Part shown: positions 51,898 to 62,223 of the stretch, piece by piece
Layout of the letters: each line of letters opens with the position of its first letter
Numbering within the stretch: position 1 is the stretch's first letter
Translations under genes and position numbers: made by a program
Notes under the pieces: generated by a model
Database searches by the model: none
What the model was told of the DNA's origin: nothing
Seen by the model: the letters and a program-made list of their open reading frames with translations, nothing else
Origin: Nitrospirota bacterium
GTDB lineage: Bacteria > Nitrospirota > Nitrospiria > Nitrospirales > NS-4
Length of the DNA: 64,000 nucleotides
Direction: 5' to 3'
Assembly: GCA_963788195.1 (NCBI GenBank)
Contig: CAWBGA010000002.1
Location: 96,001-160,000, forward strand

Positions 51898-52779
51898 ATG
51901 AAAACACAGGTAATGAAAAACGTATCCTTCATTAAGCGCAGCAGTGACAGGCACTGGGTGGGCGATGGATTTCCAGTCCGCACCATTTTCTCATACGACG
52001 ACCTTGCGGAGAAAATGAGCCCATTTCTCCTTCTCGACTACGCGGGCCCGGCGACCTTTCCCCCCACGACGCGCCGCCTTGGAGTGGGCGAGCATCCCCA
52101 CCGCGGATTTGAGACCGTCACAATTGTTTACCACGGCGAAGTCGAGCATCGCGATTCTTCGGGCGGAGGCGGAAAAATCGGTCCAGGCGATGTGCAGTGG
52201 ATGACCGCGGCCGCTGGAATCGTGCATGAGGAATTTCACGGGGCCGAGTTTGCAAAGCAGGGTGGCCTCTTTGAGATGATTCAGCTGTGGGTCAATTTGC
52301 CCAAAAAAGACAAGCAGGCGTCCCCTGGATATCAAGGCATCACGGACGCGCAGATCCCTCGAGTTAAGCTTCCTCAGGACGCTGGGAGTGTCCGGGTGAT
52401 CGCCGGCCAGTACGAAGACGCTTCCGGGCCTGCTCATACTTTCAGCCCGATGAACGTCTGGGATGTGAGGCTAAATCCTCAGCGTCGTGCGGAGTTTCAT
52501 GTGCCGAGCGGCTATACCACAGCCTTGTTCGTGCTGAAAGGCCAAATCCGATTGCCTGGAGGGGAACTGGCGGGCGAGGCGGAACTGGTGGTCTTGGAGC
52601 AGGACGGCGAACAGGTCGCCATCGAGGCGCTCGAGAACACAACACTGCTGTTCCTTAACGGAAAGCCCCTGAATGAGCCCATTGTTGGCCGCGGACCGTT
52701 TGTCATGAACACCGAGGCGGAAATCCGGCAGGCGTTTGCAGACTATCAGAGTGGACAAATGGGCCGAATTGTCCATTAA
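51898..52779 (+). CDS. Pirin family protein
   Basis: HWVGDGFPV, PFLLLD, HPHRGFETVT, GDVQWMTA..GIVHEE, QLWVNLP, GPFVMNT. Confidence 0.96.
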   Translation: MKTQVMKNVSFIKRSSDRHWVGDGFPVRTIFSYDDLAEKMSPFLLLDYAGPATFPPTTRRLGVGEHPHRGFETVTIVYHGEVEHRDSSGGGGKIGPGDVQWMTAAAGIVHEEFHGAEFAKQGGLFEMIQLWVNLPKKDKQASPGYQGITDAQIPRVKLPQDAGSVRVIAGQYEDASGPAHTFSPMNVWDVRLNPQRRAEFHVPSGYTTALFVLKGQIRLPGGELAGEAELVVLEQDGEQVAIEALENTTLLFLNGKPLNEPIVGRGPFVMNTEAEIRQAFADYQSGQMGRIVH

Positions 52780-52970
52780 TGACAGTCGGCTACTTAGCCT
52801 TTTTGCGATGGGACGCATAAGAAAGTCAGTTTTCAAGAACAGCAGATTTCATCCGACAACGCTTGAATCAATGTCGGCGTTTGCCGTTTTTCAGAAATGG
52901 CCTCTAAAATGGCTTGCGCGAAACCGGTCATTGAAAAAGAGGATGCTTAAGTGATTGAATATCAAACGAT

Positions 52971-53047
52971 GCGCTCGTAGCTCAGTTGGATAGAGCACCA
53001 GCCTTCTAAGCTGGTTGTCGCAGGTTCGATCCCTGCCGGGCGCACCA
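52971..53047 (+). tRNA. tRNA-Arg(TCT)
   Basis: GCGCTCGTAGCTCAGTTGGATAGAGC..anticodon loop CTTCTAA..GGTTCGATCCC..CCA. Confidence 0.96.
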
Positions 53048-53244
53048 AGCTTTTCAATCTGTTACATCTATCTCTAGATTCTTATTTCGAGATTATGCCG
53101 GTTTTTGTTACGGTTGGAAAAGAGTCAACCCTCTGTTTACCACAACCTACTTCCTGTTAGTACACATTGAATTTTGAAACGTCGCTGGTTAAGAGTTCCA
53201 AGCGGGAGCAACCTAGATACGTAAGCCCCCCGCGAACTGTTCTG

Positions 53245-53340
53245 GTGAACAATATTGAACATACCGGACGAATCGACAGATCATCCCAGTGTTCTGATGA
53301 GCAATATTGAAGAGACTAGTAATATTTACTGTGGTATAAG
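53245..53340 (+). promoter_or_regulatory. Tandem copies 1 and 2 of the GTGAGCAATATTGAACA motif with -10 box
   Basis: gtgaacaatattgaaca at 53245-53261 and atgagcaatattgaaga at 53297-53313, both preceded by tgttctg; TATAAG at 53335. Confidence 0.75.
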
Positions 53341-53349
53341 CAATGGGGA

Positions 53350-53506
53350 ATGCAAACATGGACACAGGCGAACAAAGAGGGAAAATCTATGCGGGGGCAA
53401 GCTCTGAATCCAACTCCTGAAGTCGTAGCATAAATGTGTTGAAACTTATCAAGAAGGAACAATTGCAGTAGCTGAACCTAATCCGGTCAGGGACAATTAC
53501 ACGTAG
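53350..53506 (+). pseudogene. KCVxTY small peptide, copy 1 (frameshifted; pseudogene or assembly error)
   Basis: Removing one base at about 53427 gives ...PEVVHKCVETYQEGTIAVAEPNPVRDNYT*, colinear with the 56284 peptide; start ambiguous (53350, 53358 or 53389). Confidence 0.65.
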
Positions 53507-53588
53507 AGTGCCCGGACTAGTCATAGCTGGCGACGCGCCTGGCACCTGGCTGTGCGTGACCAGATCCTGGCATGGAGAGTTCCGGTGG

Positions 53589-55065
53589 ATGCTCCTCACG
53601 GGCATTCTCACAGTTGCTCTTTTGACCCCGTGGGCGGCGTTCGCCGAGGAACCCCCCTCACCCCCCGTGGCCCAGTCGCCGGAGTCGCAATCGCCTTCAG
53701 AGACCGCTCCGGTGCCTCTGCCAAAGGTACCGAAGACGGTTCTGTCCTGGGAGACGGGGGCCGGCCGGAGCTACGTCATCCCGGCCCTCGAGGTCGTGGG
53801 ATACCTCTTCCTGCTCAATTGGTACGACCGCAACTATCTCGATGACAAACAGGTCTACCGCACGGACGGCAACACCTTTTGGAAGCACTTGACCGATTCG
53901 AAGTGGGTCATCGACGACGACCAGTTCGAAATAAACCAGTTCCTGCATCCGTACGGCGGCACGGTCTACTACGGCTTGGCGCGATCGGCCGGTCTCAACT
54001 TTTGGGAATCGTTCCTCTATACCGCCGCCGGTAGTTTTCTCTGGGAGCTCGGGGGCGAGACCGGCCCACCGTCCATCAACGACCAGATCACGACCACCTT
54101 CGGGGGAACTTTCCTGGGCGAGCCGCTCTTCCGGATGGCCAGCCTGTTGCTCGAAGGTGGCGGCGGCAAGCCCGGATTCTGGCGCGAGCTCGGTGCGGCG
54201 GTGATCTCGCCACCCACCGGCTTCAACCGGCTCGTCTTCGGCAAGAGGTTCGATGCGGTGTTCCCGAGCCACGATCCGGCCATCTTCACGCGGTTTCAGG
54301 TCGGCGGGACCCTGACCTCGCTCTTCAACACCCAGATCTTCTCAAAGGACATCAAACATAATGGAGTGATCGCAGACTTCTCCCTCGCCTACGGCCTTCC
54401 CGGAAAGCCCGGCTATACGCTACACGCGGCCTTTCGACTATTTCGATTTCCAATTCACCGCCGCCACCGCCAACGTCTTCGAGAGCATCAAGACGCGGGG
54501 GCTCCTTTTCGGAACTGACTATGCGGTCGGCGACTCGACCCGCGGGCTGTGGGGCCTTTACGGGAGCTACGACTATATATCGCCGCAGGTCTTCCGCGTT
54601 TCGAGCGCGGCTCTCTCGCTCGGAACTACGTGGCAGTCGTGGCTTTCTCGTGCAGTAGCGCTCCAGGGCACGGCGCTCGCCGGTGCCGGTTACGGCGCGG
54701 CCGGCAGCGTCCACATCACTGGTGATCGCGACTATCACTATGGCGCTACGCCGCAGGCGCTTCTGGCTCTCCGTCTCATCTTCGGCGACAGGGCCATGAT
54801 CGACGTCACGGGGCGCGAGTACTATGTCACCGGCGTGCTCTCCCCCGAGCCAAATGCATGGGAGAACATCGTGCGCGGAGACATGTCGTTCACGTGGCGC
54901 ATTTATGGCCGCCATGGAGTGGCGCTTCAGTATGCCGTCTCACACCGGGACGCCCACTATCCGTTCGTCGAAATCAGGGACCAGACGGTCGGAACATTCA
55001 GCCTCGCCTACGTTTTCCTTGGATCCACGGGGTTCGGTGCGGTGGAGTGGCGCGGTTTGCAATAA
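53589..55065 (+). CDS. DUF3943-domain outer-membrane protein (frameshift near 54420)
   Basis: W..DDDQF.INQF.HPY.G..YYGLARSAG..FWES..Y..GS.LWE..GE..PPSINDQ.TT..GG..LGE; beta-strand-rich C-terminus continues YTRPFDYF. Confidence 0.85.
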
Positions 55066-55074
55066 TCTCCCGCT

Positions 55075-55120
55075 GTGAGCAATTTTGAATAGACCGCATT
55101 CTGTCCTGGAGGCATACTAT
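55075..55120 (+). promoter_or_regulatory. Motif copy 3 with -10-like box
   Basis: gtgagcaattttgaatagac starting at 55075; CATACT at 55113. Confidence 0.6.
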
Positions 55121-55219
55121 AGCCAAGATTTCTGGTGGTCGCATGACCTGCCGGGCTTGCCCGGTCGCCCTCAACTCGTATGAATGATGGTTCAAAGAAC
55201 AGTAGGGCACACTCACCTA

Positions 55220-56072
55220 ATGTTTAGCCTGAAGAGCTCTGAGGACCGTAGACCCTGCCCGTCCATAGCAGCCCTTGTTGTATTGATGGCCGTTCTCGCT
55301 TACCTCCGCTGCAGATGCCGCTCCTGTCGCGGTGCGGTTTCCTGAAGGCCTTGTCCATGGCTATCTTCTCGTGCGTTCGCTCGACGGGGAGACAATTGGC
55401 CAGGGTGAGTTAACCCAAGTCGTCAAGAAGCGAGGTCTTGTCGAAAGTCATTTGGTCTTCCGTTTCAACGACGGCTCTTTGCACGATGAGACAGTAACCT
55501 TCTCGCAACAGCGTGTTTTTAAGATGATCCGCTATCGTCTCATCCAGCGCGGCCCTTTGTTTCCGGAACAGATTGACGTCTCGATAGACCGAGGTACAGC
55601 TGAATACAAGGTTCGATCTCCAGCGGGCAAGGATGGGAAAGAGGAGGTCTGCACCGGGCACTTGGATCTCCCGAAGGATGTGTACAACGGCATGCTTGTC
55701 GTGGTGTTGAAGAACCTACTGAAAGGTGCCAATGAGACGGTCAACATTCTCGCGTTTACACCGGCGCCGCAGGCAATCAAACTGGAGCTCCTTTTAATGG
55801 ATGAGCAAACCGTCAATATTGGCGACTTGTCGAGCAAGGCGACCCGGTACGTCTTTAAGCCTCAGATCGGAATGATCCAGGAGTTTTTTGGTAAGATCGC
55901 CGGCAAGTTGCCCGCCGATTTACACTATGACTGTTGGATCGTGACCGGTGAGGTGCCGAGTTTCGTGCAAATGGAAGGGCCGTTGCAACTCATGGGGCCG
56001 GTCGTCCGAATCGAACTCGTGAGTCCTCGGCTGCCTGCAAGGCCAGAAGACAAGAAGATTGCTGCAAACTGA
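55220..56072 (+). CDS. Hypothetical exported protein (signal-peptide region probably frameshifted near 55300)
   Basis: 246-aa ORF from 55332, preceded in frame by ADAAPVAV and out of frame by a hydrophobic segment; start uncertain. Confidence 0.6.
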
Positions 56073-56191
56073 CATGGTCGGCACGTCCAGAGTAGTTCAG
56101 TCCACTTCTGCAAGCAATTTTGCCCATGCCGCATCGTAACATTCCTGATATATCAAATAGATGCAACCGACTAATTATTAAAATGTCGATG

Positions 56192-56236
56192 GTGAGCAAT
56201 ATTGAACATGACTAGATATATTTACTTTGGTATAAA
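56192..56236 (+). promoter_or_regulatory. Motif copy 4 with -10 box
   Basis: gtgagcaatattgaaca at 56192-56208; TATAAA at 56231; flanks resemble 53297-53340. Confidence 0.8.
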
Positions 56237-56283
56237 TATGAGTATTAAAAGATGACACCTATGCGAACACGAAGGAGATTGCT

Positions 56284-56439
56284 ATGAGTGATGAAGGCCG
56301 GGATCCGGGAGGCCAGGAAGCCCCAACAACATCTGAGAGCCAGGAAACCTCTGAAATCGTGCATAAGTGCGTTGAAACTTACCAGAAAGTGGCCACTGTA
56401 GTAGCAAACCCTAAGGTGGTCATAAATAATTACACATAA
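56284..56439 (+). CDS. KCVxTY small peptide, copy 2 (51 aa)
   Basis: RBS aaggag; MSDEGRDPGGQEAPTTSESQETSEIVHKCVETYQKVATVVANPKVVINNYT*. Confidence 0.8.
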   Translation: MSDEGRDPGGQEAPTTSESQETSEIVHKCVETYQKVATVVANPKVVINNYT

Positions 56440-56459
56440 CATCGTAGATTGGTCGGTTT

Positions 56460-56503
56460 GTGAGCAAAATTGAACAGACTCGCCATCCTGATTCCTATAT
56501 AAA
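56460..56503 (+). promoter_or_regulatory. Motif copy 5 with -10 box
   Basis: gtgagcaaaattgaacagac starting at 56460; TATAAA at 56498. Confidence 0.8.
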
Positions 56504-56540
56504 AGATATACATAAAGGTACCTAATTAAAGGAGACCTAT

Positions 56541-56696
56541 TTGCAGGACGAGTTGAGCGATGAGCATCGAACGGATGGTGGAGAAACTGGAAAGCCTGAA
56601 TATTCCGAGCTCCTGCGAAAATGTGTCCAGACCTATCGCGATGTGACGACGCTCCGGCCGAGCACCGGGGACAGAGTACTGGATTACGTCACGTAG
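56541..56696 (+). CDS. KCVxTY small peptide, copy 3 (51 aa, TTG start)
   Basis: RBS aaaggaga; MQDELSDEHRTDGGETGKPEYSELLRKCVQTYRDVTTLRPSTGDRVLDYVT*. Confidence 0.78.
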   Translation: MQDELSDEHRTDGGETGKPEYSELLRKCVQTYRDVTTLRPSTGDRVLDYVT

Positions 56697-56717
56697 ACTG
56701 AGGCCGGCTCCTTTCCC

Positions 56718-56795
56718 TTTTACACCCGCCCAACCCTGAAATCATTGAAATCATTTCGACCCCTTGCAAGTGAAGGCAAGGGCTGCACCCGCCAT
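56718..56795. repeat. REP-like element
   Basis: tacacccgcccaaccctgaaatc..atttcgaccccttgca..gcaaggg, an inverted relative of 25325-25381 and 63615-63670. Confidence 0.75.
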
Positions 56796-56901
56796 TCCAG
56801 CAAGGACTCCACTCACCCTTCCCCGGACGGTGGAGAGAGTGATCTTTGCCGGGGGCGGTGTCCTGGCTGTATCATTCCGCTGTGTACCATGACACCATGA
56901 C

Positions 56902-58107
56902 TTGGTGAAGAAGGGACGTATGCGCGGGTTTGTGACCGGCCTGTTCGTGCTGGCGAGCGTAACCCTGGCGTCGGCCAGTCCGTTTATTGATGCGCTGAAA
57001 TCCGACCTCAATGTCTACAAGGAACCTGCCTTGCCGGCGATGGGGCCGCGGGGGAGCAAAGTTGTCGATCCCACGTTTGGCACCACGATCCTGCGCGTGA
57101 CGGACGCAGACGATGGCGGCGACTGCATCGTGGAATATGCCTATTGGCCCGCGGTGAACAAGGACAGTACGAGGGTCATGGTCCTGTGCGCCTCGGTGCA
57201 GGAAGGGTCGTATTTCGCCCGGTTCTACACGCTGAACGCGACGGCGTTCACGGTGTCTAGCGGCACGACGCTCTCCAGTTCTCCGTCAGGAGATAGCGTC
57301 AAGCACTCGGACGCGATCTGGAGCGGGGTCACGTCGGACCTTATGTATTTCCACTCCGACACTGCGCTCTACAGCTATCAGGTGGCCATGAAGGTGTGGA
57401 CGAAGATCAAGCAGTTTAATGGCCTCCCCAGTGGAGGGCGTCTGCAGCAGATGAGCAAGAGCATCGACGATAACGTCTTTGGTTGGCACACGACCGGCGG
57501 GAGTTTTCTCACCTGGACGCGCAGTACCGATACCACGTTTGCCAAGCAGGTGAACAACATCAACGAAGTGCAGGTCGATAAGACGGGGCGCTATCTGACT
57601 GTCATCCGAGACAGCGGAGGCCCCCAGGTGTGGGATCTGCAAACAGGCACGATGGTGCAGTTAGACGCCGACGTGGATGGCTTCTTTCACTATGACTCCG
57701 GGCGAGCGGGTCTGTTCAACGTGGACGACAATTCCGCGGCGGCGTATCGGTCACTGGCGACTCCGCGTAAGCTGGTCTCCGCCCTGCCGGGGACATTTAG
57801 TCGCGCCGATCAAAACCATCATCACTCCATGCAGGCGGATAACGATGGTTGGGCGCTGATCTCCCGCCAGTCCACGACCGGCTCGGGTGTGACGAAAGCC
57901 TTTGACAACGAGCTTGTTCAGGTGGCAACCGATGGTTCAGGCAAGGTGCGCCGCATTGCGCATCACCGGAGCGTGTTTAACGATTATTACGACGAGCCGC
58001 ACGCGAGCATCAGCCGGGATGGCCAGTTTGTGGCGTTCACGAGCAACTGGGGCCAAGCCAGCGGCCGGCGTGATGTGTACCTCGTGCGAATACCACCGGC
58101 ACCCTAA
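56902..58107 (+). CDS. Secreted beta-propeller-like protein (TolB/oligogalacturonate-lyase-like C-terminus)
   Basis: Signal peptide; DPTFGTTILRVTD; C-terminal VRRIAHHRS..YYDEPHASISRDG.FV.FTSNWG; start may be 56920. Confidence 0.65.
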   Translation: MVKKGRMRGFVTGLFVLASVTLASASPFIDALKSDLNVYKEPALPAMGPRGSKVVDPTFGTTILRVTDADDGGDCIVEYAYWPAVNKDSTRVMVLCASVQEGSYFARFYTLNATAFTVSSGTTLSSSPSGDSVKHSDAIWSGVTSDLMYFHSDTALYSYQVAMKVWTKIKQFNGLPSGGRLQQMSKSIDDNVFGWHTTGGSFLTWTRSTDTTFAKQVNNINEVQVDKTGRYLTVIRDSGGPQVWDLQTGTMVQLDADVDGFFHYDSGRAGLFNVDDNSAAAYRSLATPRKLVSALPGTFSRADQNHHHSMQADNDGWALISRQSTTGSGVTKAFDNELVQVATDGSGKVRRIAHHRSVFNDYYDEPHASISRDGQFVAFTSNWGQASGRRDVYLVRIPPAP

Positions 58108-58328
58108 GCCCCTTCACCCGCGCTTTTCTCGCGTCCGCCGTATGCTGGATCGTCCAATAATTTTTACCTCCCGATCTCGCGAGCTAATAATTACGTAAGA
58201 TATTATTCATACATTGTTTCATTGGGCGTCGACGGCCTTCAAAAGCTTTTACCGGCACCGTAATTATGATATATATACTTAATACTGTAAATCTAATGCG
58301 CAAGAAGGAGCAGTCATGCAACAGAGTC

Positions 58329-60064
58329 ATGAAGAGGAAGACGAAAATAGCTCATCGATCCGGTCCGGCTAAGATAGCGACAGATATGCCGGGATTTGAT
58401 GCGCTCACACGCGGGGGATTGCCCAGGGGCCGGACGACTCTGGTCATAGGTGGTGCCGGTTCGGGCAAAACGGTCTTCGCTCTTCAGACCCTCGTGAGCG
58501 GGGCGCGTCGGCGGGAAGAGCCCGGCATTTTCGTCGCCTTTGAGGAAAATGACAAGGAGATCATCGCGAATGCCGCCTCCTTCGGCTGGGACCTGCCTGG
58601 CCTGGAGAAAAGGAAGCTGTTTTTCCTGAATGCCCATCTATCCCCGGCGGTGATCCAGTCCGGTGCGTTCGACTTGACCGGCATGTTGGCCATCCTTAAA
58701 GCAAAGCAGCGGGAGATGCGCGCCACGTGGATCGTGTTTGACGGACTCGATGTGCTGCTGACACTGCTGGCAAATCCGGCCTCAGAACTTCAGGAAATTT
58801 ACCGAATCCGGGACTGGTTAGTGGAAAACAAGCTGACGGGCATCCTGACGGCCAAAATCGGTCTTGATAAGGTGAGCCAGACGGACTACGGCTTCATGCA
58901 GTTCATGGCTGATTGCGTGATCAAACTCGAACAACGCGTGGAGGAAGGGGTCTCCGTGCGCCGGCTCCAAATATTGAAATATCGGGGTTCGGATTTCGCA
59001 ACCGGTGAATATCCGCTGAGTATCGGGCAGGACGGGATGGAGGTGGCCATCCCGGAGACACGAGAACTAGGCGAGGAAGTCACAAAGGAACGTATTTCTG
59101 CCGGCTTTCCACGCCTGGATGTGATGCTGGGCGGTGGCATTTTCCGCGGCAGTAGTACCCTCATCACGGGCGCGCCCGGTACGGCCAAGACGACGTTGGC
59201 GGCGAAGTTTGCCGAGGCCGCCTGTAAGCGGGGCGAACGAACCTTGTATGTGAGCTTTGACGAAGGACAAGCGACGATCATGCGGAATCTGACGTCGGTC
59301 GGATCCATTTCGAGAAACTCGTCAAGTCCGGGCTTCTGAGAATTTATTCGGAACGCACGGAATCAGGCAGCACCGAAGCGCACATGATACGCCTCAGAGA
59401 GGCGATCAATGAGCATCGTCCTCGCTGCATGGTGATTGATCCGCTGTCGGCCGTGGCCAAGACCGGAGGCCTCAGCGCAGTCCGTAGTGTTGCAAACCGG
59501 CTTATGTACCTGATGAAGGACAACAATATCACCATCATGATCACCGCACTCGTCCCGGGCGAGGATCGGGCTGAGGAACCCGAGGGATTTTCTGTTTCGA
59601 CAATGGCAGATACCTGGATCCACCTCTCGTACCTGGTCGGCGGCGGCGAACGAAACAGGGCGCTGACCATCATCAAATCCAGGGGAACGTGGCATTCGAA
59701 CCAGGTGCGCGAGCTCATCCTGACCGACGCCGGCCCGTTTCTGACAGACATATATTCCGAACAGGGTGAAGTCCTGATGGGCACGTTGCGTTGGCAAAAG
59801 GAGGCGCAGGAGAAACTCAGAGAGACACAGCGTCGCGCCCAATTTGATTATAAACGCCGCGACCTTAAAATGGCCGAAGCGGAAACACAGCTTCGGATTA
59901 AAGCCTTGCAGCGCGATCTCGAGAGGCAGCGGATCGAGCTGGTGAACCTCACCGGTGAAGAGAAAATCGATCCTCACGCTGTGACAAGAGATGCGAGTAA
60001 AAGTCGCAGGGCCCTCGGCGCAAATGTCGGCATGCGGCGGGGAGGGGGACAACATGACGCCTAA
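58329..60064 (+). CDS. kaiC: Circadian clock protein KaiC homologue (frameshift near 59305)
   Basis: Two RecA-like domains: GGAGSGKT/FEE/KYRGS and GAPGTAKT/SFDE/IDPLS/KSRGTWHSNQVRE; phosphosite-equivalent VSTMADTWI. Confidence 0.93.
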
Positions 60065-60292
60065 CCCCACTACTCACCTATCACGTGTGACGCGCCTGGC
60101 TGCCTCGTCTTCGGTGAAGAAAGCGTTAACAGGTGCTCGAACAGGGGCCGTGAGGATGGGAAAAGGGGCGCGTCCCTCGGGAAGAGAGGCTGTCTTGGCA
60201 GGCTCGGGGCGGGCGGGTGAGATAGCGACACGGGCTGGGCGGGTGCAATGGGACAAGAGGCCGTCCCGGCGGCCTCGGGGTGGGCGGGTGTA

Positions 60293-60622
60293 ATGATCCG
60301 CGGCAGGAAAAAAGATAGCGGATTCAGCCTCCGCACACGTGCGACCAGGCTTGTGATGCGTCTGTTCGTCGCAGGACACGCGCCCAACTCGGTTCAGGCC
60401 ATGGCTAATCTCAAGGCGATATGCCGGCAATACTTGGACCACAACTACAGTCTGGAAATCATCGACACCCTCGAAGATCCATTTCGCGCATTGGCCGATG
60501 GGGTTCTCATTACACCCACTCTCGTCAAGGTGTCTCCGAAACCAGCCACGAAAGTCGTCGGCAATCTCAGCGAGAAGAGCGCTGTGCTGCTCGCCCTCGG
60601 AATCAAAGAAAAACTAGGATGA
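60293..60622 (+). CDS. kaiB: Circadian clock protein KaiB homologue
   Basis: RLFVAG..PNS..A..NL..IC.......Y.LEIID..EDP..A....V..TPTLVK..P.P..KVVGNLS. Confidence 0.92.
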   Translation: MIRGRKKDSGFSLRTRATRLVMRLFVAGHAPNSVQAMANLKAICRQYLDHNYSLEIIDTLEDPFRALADGVLITPTLVKVSPKPATKVVGNLSEKSAVLLALGIKEKLG

Positions 60623-61786
60623 AACCAAAGCTCCGCGCGCCGAAGCCCTCTCGCATGAAGGGCCAGGCCGGGTTTGAGGATCTGATCCGGCGGCTCGCTC
60701 AGGGGGATTCGGCGCTTCAGGCGATGGAATCGGGCCAGGTTGACGCGATTATTGACCCGACGACAGGCAAGGCCATTCTGCTGCACAAAGCGCAGGAGGC
60801 GCTATGCGAGAGCGAGGCGCGCTTCCGCGCCATCTTCGATCACGCCAAAGACGTGATGTACACGGTCGAGCCGGATGGAACGTTTTCCTTCATCAGCCCT
60901 GCCTTCGAGCCCATATCTGGATGGTCTTCGGCTGAATGGATCGGCCGGCCATTCGCGTCCATTGTGCACCCGGATGACCGGCCGCGCGCATTGGTGATCT
61001 TCAACAAAGCGTTATCGGGACAAGCGACCTCCCTATTCGAGATGCGCATGGCGCGTAAATCAGGGAGCTATTGGGATGCCGAGATCAGCACGGTCCCGCT
61101 GATCCGCCATGGCACGACGGTCATGCTCGGCGTCGGCCACGATGTGAGCGAGCGCAAGGCCGTTCTGGCCAACGCAGGGGAAGGAAGGATCATTGCGGAG
61201 TACGAGAAGGACCAGGCCGTCTTTTCGCAAGGCGAGCCGGCGGATGCCCTGTTTTATATCCAGAAAGGCAAGATCAAGCTCTCGATCAGCTCCCCACACG
61301 GGAAAGAAGCGGTCATCGCCATTTTGGGAACTGACGACTTCTTTGGGGAGGGATGCCTGGCGGGGCAGCCTCTGCGCATGGCCACAGCCAAGACCATGAC
61401 CGAATGCTCGATCGTTCGGCTGGAGAAAAACTACACGATCCGTGTGCTGCACGAGCAGCCGGAATTTTCTGAGCTGTTTCTCTCCTATATGCTCTCCCGC
61501 AACCGGCGGCTGGAGGAGGATCTGGTGGATCAGCTCTTCAACTCCAGTGAGAAGAGACTGGCGCGGCGTCCTGCTCCAGCTGGCTAACTTTGGGAAAGAA
61601 GGCAAACCTGAGCCGGTGATTCCGAAGATAAGTCAGGAAACGCTGGCGGAGATCATCGGCACCACTCGCTCCCGCGTCAGCTTTTTCATGAACAAGTTTC
61701 GCAAGCTGGGCCTCATCGACTACAAGGACGGCATGGCCGGCTTGGAGGTTCACAGCGCGCTGCTGAATATCGTCCTCCACGACTGA
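60619..61786 (+). CDS. PAS-domain plus Crp/Fnr-family transcriptional regulator fusion (frameshift near 61565)
   Basis: PAS (SEARFRAIF..VHPDD..DVSERK) in frame with a cNMP-binding domain (VFSQGEPAD..FFGEGCL) and, after a one-base shift, HTH ISQETLAEIIGTTRSRVSFFMNKFRKLG; ATGA overlap with kaiB. Confidence 0.88.
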
Positions 61787-61984
61787 GGCGATATGATCCG
61801 TTCTCTTTTCAATTATCATCTCGACAGAAATACTTCCTGCCTAGTCCGCCACCGCATCCTTCCCGCTAACACGCGGATTCCATGAAAAAACGTATAGGAA
61901 ATATGACAAATTGCGTAATTTTTACCGCCATGGTCTTTATGTTTTCATATAGTTATCGGCCCGACTGTCAAAACATATACTTTT

Positions 61985-62028
61985 GTGAGCAATATTGAAC
62001 AGACCAGGCGCGGGGACTGCGCTATAAC
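61985..62028 (+). promoter_or_regulatory. Motif copy 6 with -10 box
   Basis: gtgagcaatattgaacagac starting at 61985; TATAAC at 62023. Confidence 0.8.
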
Positions 62029-62064
62029 AATACACGTACATATACTATCCCAAGGGGGAACACT

Positions 62065-62223
62065 ATGATTTCGGAAGTACGGCATACGGCGGGTCAAGAA
62101 GGTGAAGGACGATCAGAGCAACGGTCAAGATATGAGAGCATACGAAAAACTTCCAAAAGCTATCTGCAGGTATTCAAATCCTTCATCAATAGAGCCTCTG
62201 CCAGTGGGCAAAGCAAGTTCTGA
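62065..62223 (+). CDS. Divergent member of the small-peptide family, copy 4 (52 aa)
   Basis: RBS aaggggga; MISEVRHTAGQEGEGRSEQRSRYESIRKTSKSYLQVFKSFINRASASGQSKF*; keeps E-x-x-R-K-x-x-x-S-Y-x-x-V. Confidence 0.65.
   Translation: MISEVRHTAGQEGEGRSEQRSRYESIRKTSKSYLQVFKSFINRASASGQSKF

Noticed and set aside
53350..56696. KCVxTY peptides as RiPP precursors
   Set aside because: No radical SAM, YcaO, lanthionine synthetase, ATP-grasp, peptidase or exporter gene is nearby, and conservation is central rather than leader-type. Trans-encoded maturases are not excluded.
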